Source of the DNA: Sedimentisphaerales bacterium
GTDB taxonomy: Bacteria; Planctomycetota; Phycisphaerae; Sedimentisphaerales; Anaerobacaceae
Assembly (NCBI GenBank): GCA_029907605.1
Contig: JARYLO010000002.1
Location: 11,030 to 75,029, forward strand
Direction of reading: 5' to 3'
Length of the DNA stretch: 64,000 nucleotides
Under the pieces are notes generated by a model, which had not been told where the DNA came from, did no database searches, and was given only the letters and a program-made list of their open reading frames with translations. Numbering within the stretch: the stretch's first letter is position 1; each line of letters starts with the position of its first letter. A program made the position numbers and the translations under genes. Shown here one piece after another: positions 26,701 through 32,655 of the stretch.

Positions 26701-28211
26701 AGTTCACGCCTGGTGATGTGACTAGACCTACGCCAATGAAACTTGCAGTTGAGGTCAGCGACGGTACCAACAAGGTCTCCGCCACATTGGACCTGACCGT
26801 TGTAGATAGCGACGCACCTATACTCCTTGAGGATGGCTTTGAAGATGGCTCTTATCAAGACTGGGTGGTGGTGGATCAGGGCAATAGATATCGGCCAAGC
26901 ACCTGGTCCGCTGCCTCAGGTCAATTGGTTCAGGCCTCAAGGATATACAAATCCTCTGATGGCATAGCCAGGAGGGGGACATTTGCGAGGTATGCCTTAG
27001 GTACTGTCTGGACCGATTATGATGTCTCTGTCCAGATGCAATCCACCTCAAATGGCCATATAGGCCTGATGTTCAGGGTAAAGGATAGCAACAACTACTA
27101 CAGGTTTGCCATGAGCCCTACAGGCATGTACCTGGTCAGGTGCAAGGCAGGCAGGTTTACCACGCTTGCATCCAAGACTGGCGGCTATACAGCAGGTCAG
27201 GCCTATCAGGTCAGGGTTGCGGTGATCGGCCCTCAGATCAGGGTCTATGTGGACGGCAATGAGGTCTTCTCTGTCAATGACAGTACCATTGCCACTGGTA
27301 CCATAGCACTGTACAGCTATGCAAACCCTGGGGCATACTTTGACGATGTAAAGGTGTACTCGCACACAGGTCAGGACCTTGAGCCTGTGGTGAACTCCAT
27401 CAGTGCTACACCCAGCCAGATGACCTGTAATAGGACCTCCCAGCTCAACGTAGATGTGACAGAACCAGATGGCCAGAAACTGACCTATCAGTGGTATGTA
27501 GAGCCTGGACAGGGTACCTTAAGCAACACTGCTATACGTAACCCAGTCTATACGCCGCCTTTGGTCACGGAGAGTCAGACCTTCACGATCATTGTAGATG
27601 TATCCGACGGCACCCATGTTGTCAGGCGTACCATAGACGTCACAGTCCGCCCACCGCAGGTCTGGCTACAGGATGACTTTGATGATGGCGACTACAATGG
27701 CTGGACCATAGTCGATCAGGGCAACCGGCTAGGCCCCAGTGCCTGGTCCATCCAGGCAGGCCAGTTGACCCAGACCTCAGGGATCTACAGGGCCTCAGAT
27801 GGCATTGCCAAGAGGGGGACATTTGTGTACTACACGGCTGGTAGTACCTGGCAGAACTATCAGGCCTCTGTCCTTATGCGGTCAGATGGGAGCGGTGACA
27901 TAGGCCTGATGTTCAGGGTAAAGGATAGCAACAACTACTACCGCTTTGCCATGAGCCCTACAGGCATGTACCTGGTCAGGTGCAAGGGCGGCAGGTTTAC
28001 CACGCTTGCATCCAAGACCACCAGTTACACGGCAGGTCAGGTCTACCAGATAAGCGTCCTGCTAGTAGATGCCCAGATAAAGGTTTATGTGGATGGCAGT
28101 GAGGTCTTTAGCGTGACGGACGCTGCCATAACCAGTGGCACTATAGGGCTCTACTGCTATGCCAACCCTGGTGCCTTGTTTGACGATGTCCTGGTCAACG
28201 AGGTATTGTAG
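17739..28211 (+). CDS. Giant secreted adhesin-like protein (~3,490 aa): SdrD-B-like, SBBP beta-propeller repeats, Ig-like domains, Calx-beta/NIDO-like/Calx-beta, second propeller-like repeat array, 4 x (jelly-roll + PKD-like) modules
   Basis: Uninterrupted 10.5-kb ORF, starting at ATG 17739 or GTG 17730. The N-terminus carries RFEQLEARVLLSA. Domain motifs are listed in the sub-features below. Confidence 0.9.
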   Translation: MGIWSRVLKGIRLGLRRRSIPTPRFEQLEARVLLSAQITGTVWNDLDGDGLKGIGEPGIPGLTVYLDNGQTTTTDASGAYQFTDLQPGTYKVGQVLIPGFSQTYPIQLGLVNQQHIWAWSTQGTAPSKADASVVRTDTEGNVYVAGTFEGTVDLTQDGTNNPVSSAGATDVFISRLAADGSSTWTKIISGTHGLFGETVTDMVVAPSGKIYMVGKYGSNVDFDPGPGVVIRVASSYNNGYLLALNQDGSFDSVKTFNGSGAISILGMTLDASGNIYLTGTFSGPIDFNPGEDLDVKTTAAGTAAAFVTRINADGSYGWTRVFQGNQYARGIAVRTDSSGNVYVTGIFSGTVDFDPGPGVDNYTYHGDWDIFLVKLTDAGDYVWRKVMGGSDWDMVYQMQLDRAGNIYLAGLFSGYADLDPTDSTDYRWTHNHVGAGFVTKINADGSYAWSQVLGSSDLRWAATDISLDLAGNIYVVGERMALPENTDSDTYSDLFISKIGPGGRILWTQTINDIIPTQSDVYTPWQWHVAAAVDGQLLVCGRFSGTVDLNTGQGIDMRTSTGQYEAFAIKQGPLSYTHSVALVDGQIATAIDFGNSITGGFDNLEPVVTRFNVYDSSASQGYATKRQVNVDLQAIDIAGSIKGWMITETSTQPDPSDPGWLTSPPTTYLINSPGDGQKTLYAWVKDDQDAVSTLTLISRVQLVLDTSAPVVTVDPLITTDPTPPLTGKVNDPQAAVHVTVNGRTYIATNDANGHWSLADNAISDALTSGTYDVRATAIDTAGNQGQDSTSNELTIQVAPPIASLEIEDVTLPATGHSFTVVYRSSIGIDTASLDGLDILVTGPNGFSQTAELVGLDPTSSSTEVRAIYRISAPRGLWAAVDNGTYTVSMRSSQVKDLDIPAHFVPAGVLGQFVVDVVDVPPQMSIGNAEIIEGNDGSQVLQFQVDLSWPSSNTVTADYQTVPGSASPGSDFLATQGTVTFLPGQTSQTIEVEVIGDTRYENDEIFYVRLSNPQNCTLQDDEAVGMIINDDPAPLPPAEYFDGRFGDYFDLRNKAIWFTPDQTETGYYTQMVNLSGVLPTDPTGGVQLALADNDSIYVPLANGKTIRVFGQEFSGVYVCTNGYLTFTGPDTDSTESLADHFRMLRISGLFIDLIARSDSTISYKQLSDRFVVTWQGVGQPTIQNSRNTFQIEIYFDGRIQIAWLSVYSAKGIVGLSDGQGIRPGFSETDLSASDPMPVINITDVTVDEGDTGTTYLDFQVQLSGPTGLDVEVDYNTVAVTAAAGEDFTPVSGRLVIPAGQTNGVIRVPVLGDTRYEYDETLRVELSNARFAIIEDASGVGTIRNDDPIVPPVVDSLQVKAISAGVPAGYTNNRQVSVSVTEHDPDGAVVAWAITEEATPPASDAGIWQSSRPNRYTIQSPGDGPKTIYVWVKDNHGAISSLTAASVAQIILDTTAPVVTIDPLTTKDRSPQLTGTVDDTGAAIKVTVAGNTYTATNLGNGLWFLADNVITPLLSDGIHEVQVTATDHVGNVGSDQTTNELVIDYANPTLQAWELVVDTGIHDTDKVTKAVPVVIAFQFNEPVQGTSAHVTVLDPDGNQIAPDAITGWGSATLRVVLNNPVMDGQYTIRLSGLITDVVGNPLNGGSDTVLAFTLDRQAPVITQWTLQEAQPGTADPVVTTDQSPVLTIRFSEVVYGNGSDATVIGPDGKTVTSQVAGFGTDTIVLSFPQPLTNPGLYQVILKASGTITDLAGNAINNGTDFEIQFYLQLPISRMSTEITIPSSNIGDQFMPVVAADGSGMFVAAWYSQSATDPGLFYVYIRRFDAAGQALGQQQLASPDPVELPGLPGRPAIAVAEDGRFAVAWEAQVGILTQVQMRIFNPDGSPATGLITIGGEYYHCYRPDMAFDPTNGQVLVAYTRQDDGFPVPGDLYDTQVYVQRYDLNGTAQGTAERVSSTAGKAPKLVIDKDGRVLVVWNGKELTNRYLFGRFIETSGQLGAQFQLAQIGDLSDGLLQASSLAMDGQGRFVVAWDEPFLQKVLVRQFNADGTPVAAAQELAGAHATEPDVAMGPEGNFIVTWSQTDRDGDGCGVYAHRFNPDGSNAGPDVRVNSQVLGEQSQPAIAIGPWGRVLVCWSSLDPTTTGTDIKGQILDYLPPKVTVNSITTEDLHPGLSGTVDEPDATVNVSVQGVSYQATNNGDGTWTLGTGIISLPGADGAYDVTVRATDPAGNLGMDQTTGELVLDREDPVMVGQPVLMDDTGSPTDRLTGDTTPAVIFTFSEPVYGTADAVQAWIRPVSTIPGYYEPRIDIQPDVVEGWGTNQITIRFTTPLTMNGEYTIKLVGGQITDLARKPVNDGADIYASFRLDCKVPQVMVGDLTTSSPYPDLEGYVDDPFATVRVRIGNVIDDVANVQYETGVWTYSVNQRLTPGQYKVVVTATDAAGNVGTDTATLTILMAEDTFDDDSNSWDADLFFMRWQEVFEGDKDVPKPAPAGETRSWGPDAAGVRLTQVSNIYSSSSDPLARKGTYLLFKPGSTWTDYKVSYSMASEDDGDIGLMFRVMDANNYYRFSWNRASGERRLVKCVAGQFTLLASDKANMEKGTFYDIQILAHGSLLEVYVDEKLIFAVRDTAIASGTIAFYCHSNNRAFFDDLQVENLAGVNLPPRFTTLEASANRIFDTQTMQLNAQAYDPDEERPITYQWVIDEGQGSFDDPTLPNPVFKPADVTSETTCIIHVEAFDGVVTTKSEPIRIEVFDADAPVFLQEDFQEVDPDEWLIKDMTKTASLWTATDGSLRQGRSATSFVTYIKGSIWQAVQVEVDMSSTANGAMGVVFRYQDENNYYRFLWNNKDGTRRLQACVNGQITDLASDKAKYVKKQVYKLSIIALGPFIAVDINGQRLFTVIDTSLTTGTVGFYVSNNKGATFDNLVVNNYKDAELAPIITSISAKDYIPRDGQPVDLEVHAYDPDADNLTYYWTVVEGDGTFSDADVANPQFTPGDVTRPTPMKLAVEVSDGTNKVSATLDLTVVDSDAPILLEDGFEDGSYQDWVVVDQGNRYRPSTWSAASGQLVQASRIYKSSDGIARRGTFARYALGTVWTDYDVSVQMQSTSNGHIGLMFRVKDSNNYYRFAMSPTGMYLVRCKAGRFTTLASKTGGYTAGQAYQVRVAVIGPQIRVYVDGNEVFSVNDSTIATGTIALYSYANPGAYFDDVKVYSHTGQDLEPVVNSISATPSQMTCNRTSQLNVDVTEPDGQKLTYQWYVEPGQGTLSNTAIRNPVYTPPLVTESQTFTIIVDVSDGTHVVRRTIDVTVRPPQVWLQDDFDDGDYNGWTIVDQGNRLGPSAWSIQAGQLTQTSGIYRASDGIAKRGTFVYYTAGSTWQNYQASVLMRSDGSGDIGLMFRVKDSNNYYRFAMSPTGMYLVRCKGGRFTTLASKTTSYTAGQVYQISVLLVDAQIKVYVDGSEVFSVTDAAITSGTIGLYCYANPGALFDDVLVNEVL
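17808..17846 (+). other. N-terminal planctomycete extracellular-protein motif (RFEQLEARVLLSA)
   Basis: Same LExRxLLSA core as at 13913-13948. It is preceded by the basic GLRRRSIPTPR stretch and has no hydrophobic h-region. Confidence 0.6.
18135..19450 (+). repeat. SBBP-type beta-propeller repeats
   Basis: At least six recurring units of GN(V/I)Y(V/L)(A/T)G.FSGT(V/I)DFDPG .. (F/L)(V/I)(T/S)(K/R)(I/L)..DGS..W, as in PF06739-type repeats. Confidence 0.65.
20499..20828 (+). other. Calx-beta domain 1
   Basis: IGNAEIIEGNDGSQVLQFQVDLSWPSSNTVTADYQTVPGSASPGSDFLATQGTVTFLPGQTSQTIEVEVIGDTRYENDEIFYVRLSN. Confidence 0.75.
20850..21420 (+). other. NIDO (nidogen-like)-type domain between the two Calx-beta domains
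   Basis: VYVCTNGYLTF, RFVVTWQGVG, NTFQIEIYFDGRIQIAW and KGIVGLSDG resemble the vstNGllsF, vvTWe.V and NTFQ.vL signature of PF06119 (accession from memory). Confidence 0.5.
21444..21771 (+). other. Calx-beta domain 2
   Basis: ITDVTVDEGDTGTTYLDFQVQLSGPTGLDVEVDYNTVAVTAAAGEDFTPVSGRLVIPAGQTNGVIRVPVLGDTRYEYDETLRVELSN. Confidence 0.75.
23050..24180 (+). repeat. Uncharacterised propeller-like repeat array (~7 units)
   Basis: Units of the type (Q/E).P.(I/V)A(M/V)...G.F(V/I)V(A/T)W .. (V/I)(Y/F).(Q/R)RF(N/D).DG(S/T) recur about every 50-55 aa. Examples are MPVVAADGSGMFVAAWYS, PAIAVAEDGRFAVAWEA, SSLAMDGQGRFVVAWDE, PDVAMGPEGNFIVTWSQ and PAIAIGPWGRVLVCWSS. Confidence 0.55.
27060..27178 (+). repeat. Near-identical 119-nt island, copy 1 (partner 27900-28018)
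   Basis: Hand alignment at an offset of exactly 840 nt gives 115/119 identical positions. The next 60 nt downstream are about 62% identical. Confidence 0.85.
27900..28018 (+). repeat. Near-identical 119-nt island, copy 2 (partner 27060-27178)
   Basis: Same alignment as copy 1. The four mismatches are AGG/CGC (both Arg) and GCA/GGC (Ala/Gly). Confidence 0.85.
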
Positions 28212-28247
28212 TCAGGCATAGACAAGACCAAGATTGTAGTAACTTCT

Positions 28248-28280
28248 AGGCCCGGATATAATCCGGGCCTTATTGTTTGT
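28248..28280 (+). terminator. Rho-independent terminator after giant gene
   Basis: A 10-bp stem AGGCCCGGAT / ATCCGGGCCT with a 3-nt loop is followed by TATTGTTTGT, 37 nt after stop 28209-28211. Confidence 0.7.
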
Positions 28281-28306
28281 CAGATCACTTTGATGGAGTT
28301 AAGGAA

Positions 28307-29545
28307 ATGAAGGCTTCCAATAAGGCACAGAAGGTCGTCCTTGCGTACAGTGGTGGGTTGGATACCAGCGTGATCCTGCCTTGGTTGAAGGAGACCTATG
28401 GCTATCAGGTAATCGCCTTTGCTGCAGACATAGGCCAAGGCGAGGAGCTTAAGGGCATCCAGAAGAAGGCCCTGGCCAGCGGTGCGATTAAGTTTATCGT
28501 GAAGGACCTGCGGCAGGAGTTTGTAGAGGAATATCTGTGGCGATTGCTCAAGTCCGGAGCTGTATACGAGAACGGCTATCTGCTTGGCACCAGTATAGCT
28601 AGGCCGCTGATAGCCAAGCATCAGGTCCAGATCGCACACAAGGAGGGCGCCAGTGCGGTTGCACATGGTGCAACAGGCAAGGGCAATGACCAGGTGCGTT
28701 TTGAGCTGACATACATGGCACTGGATCCGAACCTGAAGATCATCGCACCATGGAAGGACCCTAACTTCAAGCTGACCAGCCGTGAGGCAGCGATCGCCTA
28801 TGCCAAGAGGCATCGCATACCCATAGAGCAGACTACCAGGAAGATATACTCAAGGGATCGCAACCTGTGGCACATAAGTCATGAAGGAGGGGACCTTGAG
28901 GACCCAGCCAACGAGCCAAAGGACGACCTTTATGTGCTTTCTCGTCCGATCTCCAAGGCCCCAAACAGGCCAGAATATGTCTCAATAGATTTTGAGCAGG
29001 GTATACCTTTAAGGCTTGATGGCAAGGCCATAGATGGCGTAAGACTCATAGAGACGCTTAACCAGATCGGCGGCAGGCATGCCATAGGCCAGGTGGATCT
29101 GGTAGAGAACCGCCTGGTCGGGATGAAGTCCAGGGGTGTGTATGAGACCCCTGGTGGGACCATACTGACCGTGGCACATAGGGCACTGGAGAGCCTGACC
29201 CTCGATAGGGAGACCATGCACTACAAGGCCCTGGTGGCACAGAGATATGCAGAACTGGTCTACTACGGGCAATGGTTTAGTCCGTTGAGGGAGGCCCTTG
29301 ACGCATTCGTGGACTCCACGCAGAGGTTTGTCACAGGACAGGTCAGGGTAAAGCTCTTCAAAGGGCATTGCACCGTAGCGGGGATGACCAGCCCCAATAG
29401 CCTCTACAGACCTTCGCTGGCAAGCTTCACCATGGGCTCCGACTACAACCCTGAGGACGCAAGGGGGTTTATCAAGCTATTCGGCCTGCCCATGCAACTG
29501 ACAGGCATGGTAAGAAGGGCCTGGAAGGGCGATGGATCTACGTAG
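28307..29545 (+). CDS. argG: Argininosuccinate synthase
   Basis: [13 protein letters not shown] is the PP-loop. The rest is colinear with ArgG ([46 protein letters not shown]). ATG 28307 is preferred over the upstream alternative at 28277. Confidence 0.93.
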   Translation: MKASNKAQKVVLAYSGGLDTSVILPWLKETYGYQVIAFAADIGQGEELKGIQKKALASGAIKFIVKDLRQEFVEEYLWRLLKSGAVYENGYLLGTSIARPLIAKHQVQIAHKEGASAVAHGATGKGNDQVRFELTYMALDPNLKIIAPWKDPNFKLTSREAAIAYAKRHRIPIEQTTRKIYSRDRNLWHISHEGGDLEDPANEPKDDLYVLSRPISKAPNRPEYVSIDFEQGIPLRLDGKAIDGVRLIETLNQIGGRHAIGQVDLVENRLVGMKSRGVYETPGGTILTVAHRALESLTLDRETMHYKALVAQRYAELVYYGQWFSPLREALDAFVDSTQRFVTGQVRVKLFKGHCTVAGMTSPNSLYRPSLASFTMGSDYNPEDARGFIKLFGLPMQLTGMVRRAWKGDGST

Positions 29546-29562
29546 TCACTGAAAGGACCTCA

Positions 29563-30696
29563 GTGGCAATACCAGGGTGGCTGGCAAATACGTTCATATT
29601 TGCATTTGGTTGCTGCGTGGGCAGCTTCCTGAACGTGGTGATCTATCGTCTGCCCAAGGGCAGGTCCATCATCAGCCCTGGGTCTGCCTGTCCGAGATGT
29701 GGTTTGCATATCGCCTGGTATGACAATATCCCGATCGTATCCTGGCTGGTGCTCAGGGCAAGGTGCAGGCACTGCCATAGTAGGATATCTGCCAGGTACG
29801 TTGTGGTAGAGGCCATCACAGGTCTACTGGCATTGGGCCTATACATAGCGTACTTCCAGAAGGGGCTTCGCAAAGGCATGCCGGATCCGATGGCAGGCGG
29901 CTGGCTAGTCTACGGATGTCATTTTATATTGGCCAGCGGTCTACTAGCTGCCAGCGCGGTAGATCTGGAGCTATTCATAATCCCACTGGAGATATGTTGG
30001 GTGATAACCGCTGCAGGTCTGGCAGCTTCTGCGATCTGGCCATTGGTGGTCGCAAACCATATGGCAGGGCAGGCCTTGATGCCTGTTGCCTCAGACCGCA
30101 TGGCCGCTATTGCATTGGGTGGGGCCTTGGGATTGGGGTTTTCACTGGCCGCACTGAATAAGGGCTGGATAGCCAGGAGCTATCAGCAGGCAGACCTGCC
30201 TGACGGCCACCAGCCTGACCACAGGCGAGAGATGATAAGGGAGTTGGCATTCCTTGGGCCCGTGGGGGTTGGGGCCTTGGTTGCCTGGGGCCTGGCAGGC
30301 CTATCGCCGATTGCAGGACTATGGCAGCGGTTGCTGCTCTACAAGCCAGTTGCAGGCCTACTTGGCAGTATCCTAGGCTATCTTGTGGGTGGAGGCCTCG
30401 TCTGGGCAACAAGGATCGGGGGTACCCTGGTCTTTGGCAGGGAGGCCATGGGCCTGGGCGATGTACACCTGATGGGCGCGGTCGGTGCAGTCCTTGGGCC
30501 TACACAGGTGGTACTGGCATTCTTCCTTGCCCCATTCTTTGGGTTGGTTTGGGCAGCAGCCCAGATGCTTTACAGAAAAATCCACGAAATCCCGTATGGT
30601 CCATTCTTGTCAATGGCTGCGGTGGTAGTTATGATCTTCTACGATAGTCTGGTAGACCACCTCGGCTTGGCACTGGGTGGGCCATGGGCAAAGTAA
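29563..30696 (+). CDS. pilD: Type IV prepilin leader peptidase / N-methyltransferase (A24 family)
   Basis: GTG 29563 follows GAAAGGA. Motifs are FLNVVIYRLPKG, CPRCG..CRHC, GLGDVHLMGAVGAVLG and IPYGPFL, in a polytopic membrane protein. Confidence 0.85.
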   Translation: MAIPGWLANTFIFAFGCCVGSFLNVVIYRLPKGRSIISPGSACPRCGLHIAWYDNIPIVSWLVLRARCRHCHSRISARYVVVEAITGLLALGLYIAYFQKGLRKGMPDPMAGGWLVYGCHFILASGLLAASAVDLELFIIPLEICWVITAAGLAASAIWPLVVANHMAGQALMPVASDRMAAIALGGALGLGFSLAALNKGWIARSYQQADLPDGHQPDHRREMIRELAFLGPVGVGALVAWGLAGLSPIAGLWQRLLLYKPVAGLLGSILGYLVGGGLVWATRIGGTLVFGREAMGLGDVHLMGAVGAVLGPTQVVLAFFLAPFFGLVWAAAQMLYRKIHEIPYGPFLSMAAVVVMIFYDSLVDHLGLALGGPWAK

Positions 30697-30727
30697 AGGA
30701 AGAGGATCTGGTATAAGGAGATACGTC

Positions 30728-31390
30728 ATGTTCGCCGCTACCTTAAGACAGGTTGGAGTCCTTGCAGGTATCCTGGGCATCTCATTATTGGCTGGCTGCA
30801 CTAACTACCGCCATCGCTATGAATACCTCAACGTAGAACATGAGAACCTGAAGGCCAGGTATCAGAAGGCAGAGCAAGAGAAGGAGCAGCTTACCCAGCG
30901 GGTGGCCCAGGATCAGCAGACCATAGAGGAACTGACCAGGCAACTAGAGGCCATGAAGCGGGATCCCAGCAAGGCTGGTTTTGGGAATCTGCCAGTCAGC
31001 GTGGATACAGGGGCAGGTACCATAACCGTTACCGTATCTGATTCCTTGTTGTTTGACCCAGGTAGGGCCACACTCAAGAGCGCTACCATAAAGGAGCTGG
31101 ATCAGGTCATCTCCACACTGAAGCAAAAGTACTCTGGCAAGAAGATCATCGTGATAGGCCATACCGACTCGGATCCCATCCAAAAGACAAAGGACCTTTG
31201 GAAGGACAATTGGGAGCTCTCAACAGAGCGGGCCTTGGCAGTGACCAGGTACCTGATAGAGCATGGCATACCTGAGGCAGACCTGATGGCTGCAGGTTGT
31301 GGGCCTGCAAGGCCTGTGGCCCCCAATACGACCGCTGCAGGCAAGGCCAAGAACCGCAGGGTTGAGATAGTGGTGCAATACAGAGGCTAG
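30728..31390 (+). CDS. OmpA/MotB-family lipoprotein with N-terminal coiled coil
   Basis: ATG 30728 follows AAGGAG. It has the lipobox LLAGC, a heptad-rich segment and the OmpA_C core IGHTDSDPI..NWELSTERALAVTRYL..NRRVEIVV. Confidence 0.8.
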   Translation: MFAATLRQVGVLAGILGISLLAGCTNYRHRYEYLNVEHENLKARYQKAEQEKEQLTQRVAQDQQTIEELTRQLEAMKRDPSKAGFGNLPVSVDTGAGTITVTVSDSLLFDPGRATLKSATIKELDQVISTLKQKYSGKKIIVIGHTDSDPIQKTKDLWKDNWELSTERALAVTRYLIEHGIPEADLMAAGCGPARPVAPNTTAAGKAKNRRVEIVVQYRG

Positions 31391-32655
31391 GGGCTGGAGA
31401 CCAGCTGGAGGGGTGCGGGCACAGGCCCGATCCCAAGCAATTGGCACAGCCTCTTGGGGATCTGGGTGTTGTCCAGCAGGCCTGTAAAAAGGATTGCCCT
31501 TGGCCCATAGGCATACAGAGGTACTGGCAGGCCTGTATGTGCCTTATTCGTCCAGACCACATGCAGTTGCCTGGTTGGCTGGATCTCATCCTCGTCGCTT
31601 GTACCAGACTTGCTTGGCGGAGGTATTATCTGGAGGCCTCCTGTCTCATGGTCTGCAGTTACCAAGACCAGGGTTCGGCCATCACTGGCTGCAAACTCCA
31701 GGCCTACCTTGATTGCCATATCGAATAGCAGTAGTTGCCTGACCATCTGGTTCAGATCGTTGTTGTGGCAGGCAGTGTCTATCTGGCTGCCCTCTACCAT
31801 CAGGAAGAAGCCAGGCCTATCTATACTGACACCATTGCAGTCCCTTGAGGCATCCAGGACCTGGATCGCCACACTGGTCATCTGGGCGATGGATGGTTCA
31901 GGAGTCTTGGTAGTCATGGCGTCCATGGCAAAAAGGCCCAAGAGCATGTGATAGCATTCTCCTGCCTGCGAAAGGTCCTCGATATAGCTGTAGCCTGCCC
32001 TTCTTGCCTCCTCAAACAGGTCACGCCTATCCCGCCTCTTGCTTCCAGATACACCCCTGGGCAGGAAGTAGGCCTTGCCTCCCCCAAGCAGGACGTCCGG
32101 CCTGGCTGCCAGCAATTGTACGGCTATGACAGCTTGCATGTCCCTGTGCCTGACATGTGAGGCAAAGCCTGCGGGTGTGGCATCGGTGATGCTCTTTGTC
32201 ACAACCAGCCCGGTACGCAGGCCCATCTGGCGTGCGGCCTCAAGGATGGACCTATATTGGGTATTGGGATCCCTGCCTATCATGTTATTGTTGGTCTTTA
32301 TGGCACATGCCATGGCAGTGGATGCTGCAGCAGAATCGGTCACCAGGCTATTGGCAGAGTGCGTCAGCACGATCCCTGTGACCGGCATCGTATCCATCCA
32401 TAGCCTGCAGTCAGGTCCGCCAGCCCTGATCCTGGCCACGGTCACCTGCCCAAATCCCATCCCATCGCCTATAAAAAGGATCACGTTACGGGGCCCTTGC
32501 TCAGTGGCAGGGGGGAGCACGTAGTTGCGAGGGGGGCTATAGAAGCTGAGGTCTAGGGGGCTGCCTGCATCCCCGACCAATATGCCTTCTGACCAAGGCC
32601 ACAGGCAAACGGCCAGGGTCAACCAGATCCACGGTCTCCTTGTAGATGGCAGCAT
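31387..32655 (-). CDS. Alkaline phosphatase (PhoA family), secreted
   Basis: It has a signal peptide. ILFIGDGMGFGQV and VTDSAAASTAM contain the Ser nucleophile motif, and ADHETGG is present near the C-terminus. Confidence 0.85.
   Translation of the reverse strand: MLPSTRRPWIWLTLAVCLWPWSEGILVGDAGSPLDLSFYSPPRNYVLPPATEQGPRNVILFIGDGMGFGQVTVARIRAGGPDCRLWMDTMPVTGIVLTHSANSLVTDSAAASTAMACAIKTNNNMIGRDPNTQYRSILEAARQMGLRTGLVVTKSITDATPAGFASHVRHRDMQAVIAVQLLAARPDVLLGGGKAYFLPRGVSGSKRRDRRDLFEEARRAGYSYIEDLSQAGECYHMLLGLFAMDAMTTKTPEPSIAQMTSVAIQVLDASRDCNGVSIDRPGFFLMVEGSQIDTACHNNDLNQMVRQLLLFDMAIKVGLEFAASDGRTLVLVTADHETGGLQIIPPPSKSGTSDEDEIQPTRQLHVVWTNKAHTGLPVPLYAYGPRAILFTGLLDNTQIPKRLCQLLGIGPVPAPLQLVSSP

Larger units (their letters stand above)
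25090..28208 (+). repeat. Four tandem copies of the ~280-aa supermodule (jelly-roll, DUF1080/LamG-like, + PKD/Ig-like linker)
   Basis: The (D/H)IGLMFRV.D.NNYYRF cores sit at about 25390, 26215, 27065 and 27905, a period of 825-850 nt. Each module ends in GT(I/V)(A/G)(F/L)Y....FDD(L/V).V. Linkers carry (I/L)TY.W....G.G.F.D....NP.(F/Y).P. Confidence 0.75.

Noticed and set aside
27060-28018. Diversity-generating retroelement (TR/VR pair) as an explanation for the near-identical 119-nt segments
   Set aside because: There is no reverse transcriptase or accessory gene in the window. Both copies are in-frame parts of the same gene. The four mismatches are not adenine-specific (A/C, G/C, C/G, A/C).
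13823-28211. PEP-CTERM, LPXTG or Por/T9SS-type C-terminal sorting signals on the giant proteins
   Set aside because: The C-termini (…SVFDQVEVYPA and …LFDDVLVNEVL) are simply the last strand of the jelly-roll module. There is no PEP motif, TM helix or basic tail.
31146-32524. ORFs antisense or out of frame to the OmpA-like and alkaline phosphatase genes (31146-31589, 31610-31951, 32075-32524)
   Set aside because: They are nested in genes with strong catalytic or structural motifs, and they are Pro/Arg/Ser-rich shadow ORFs.
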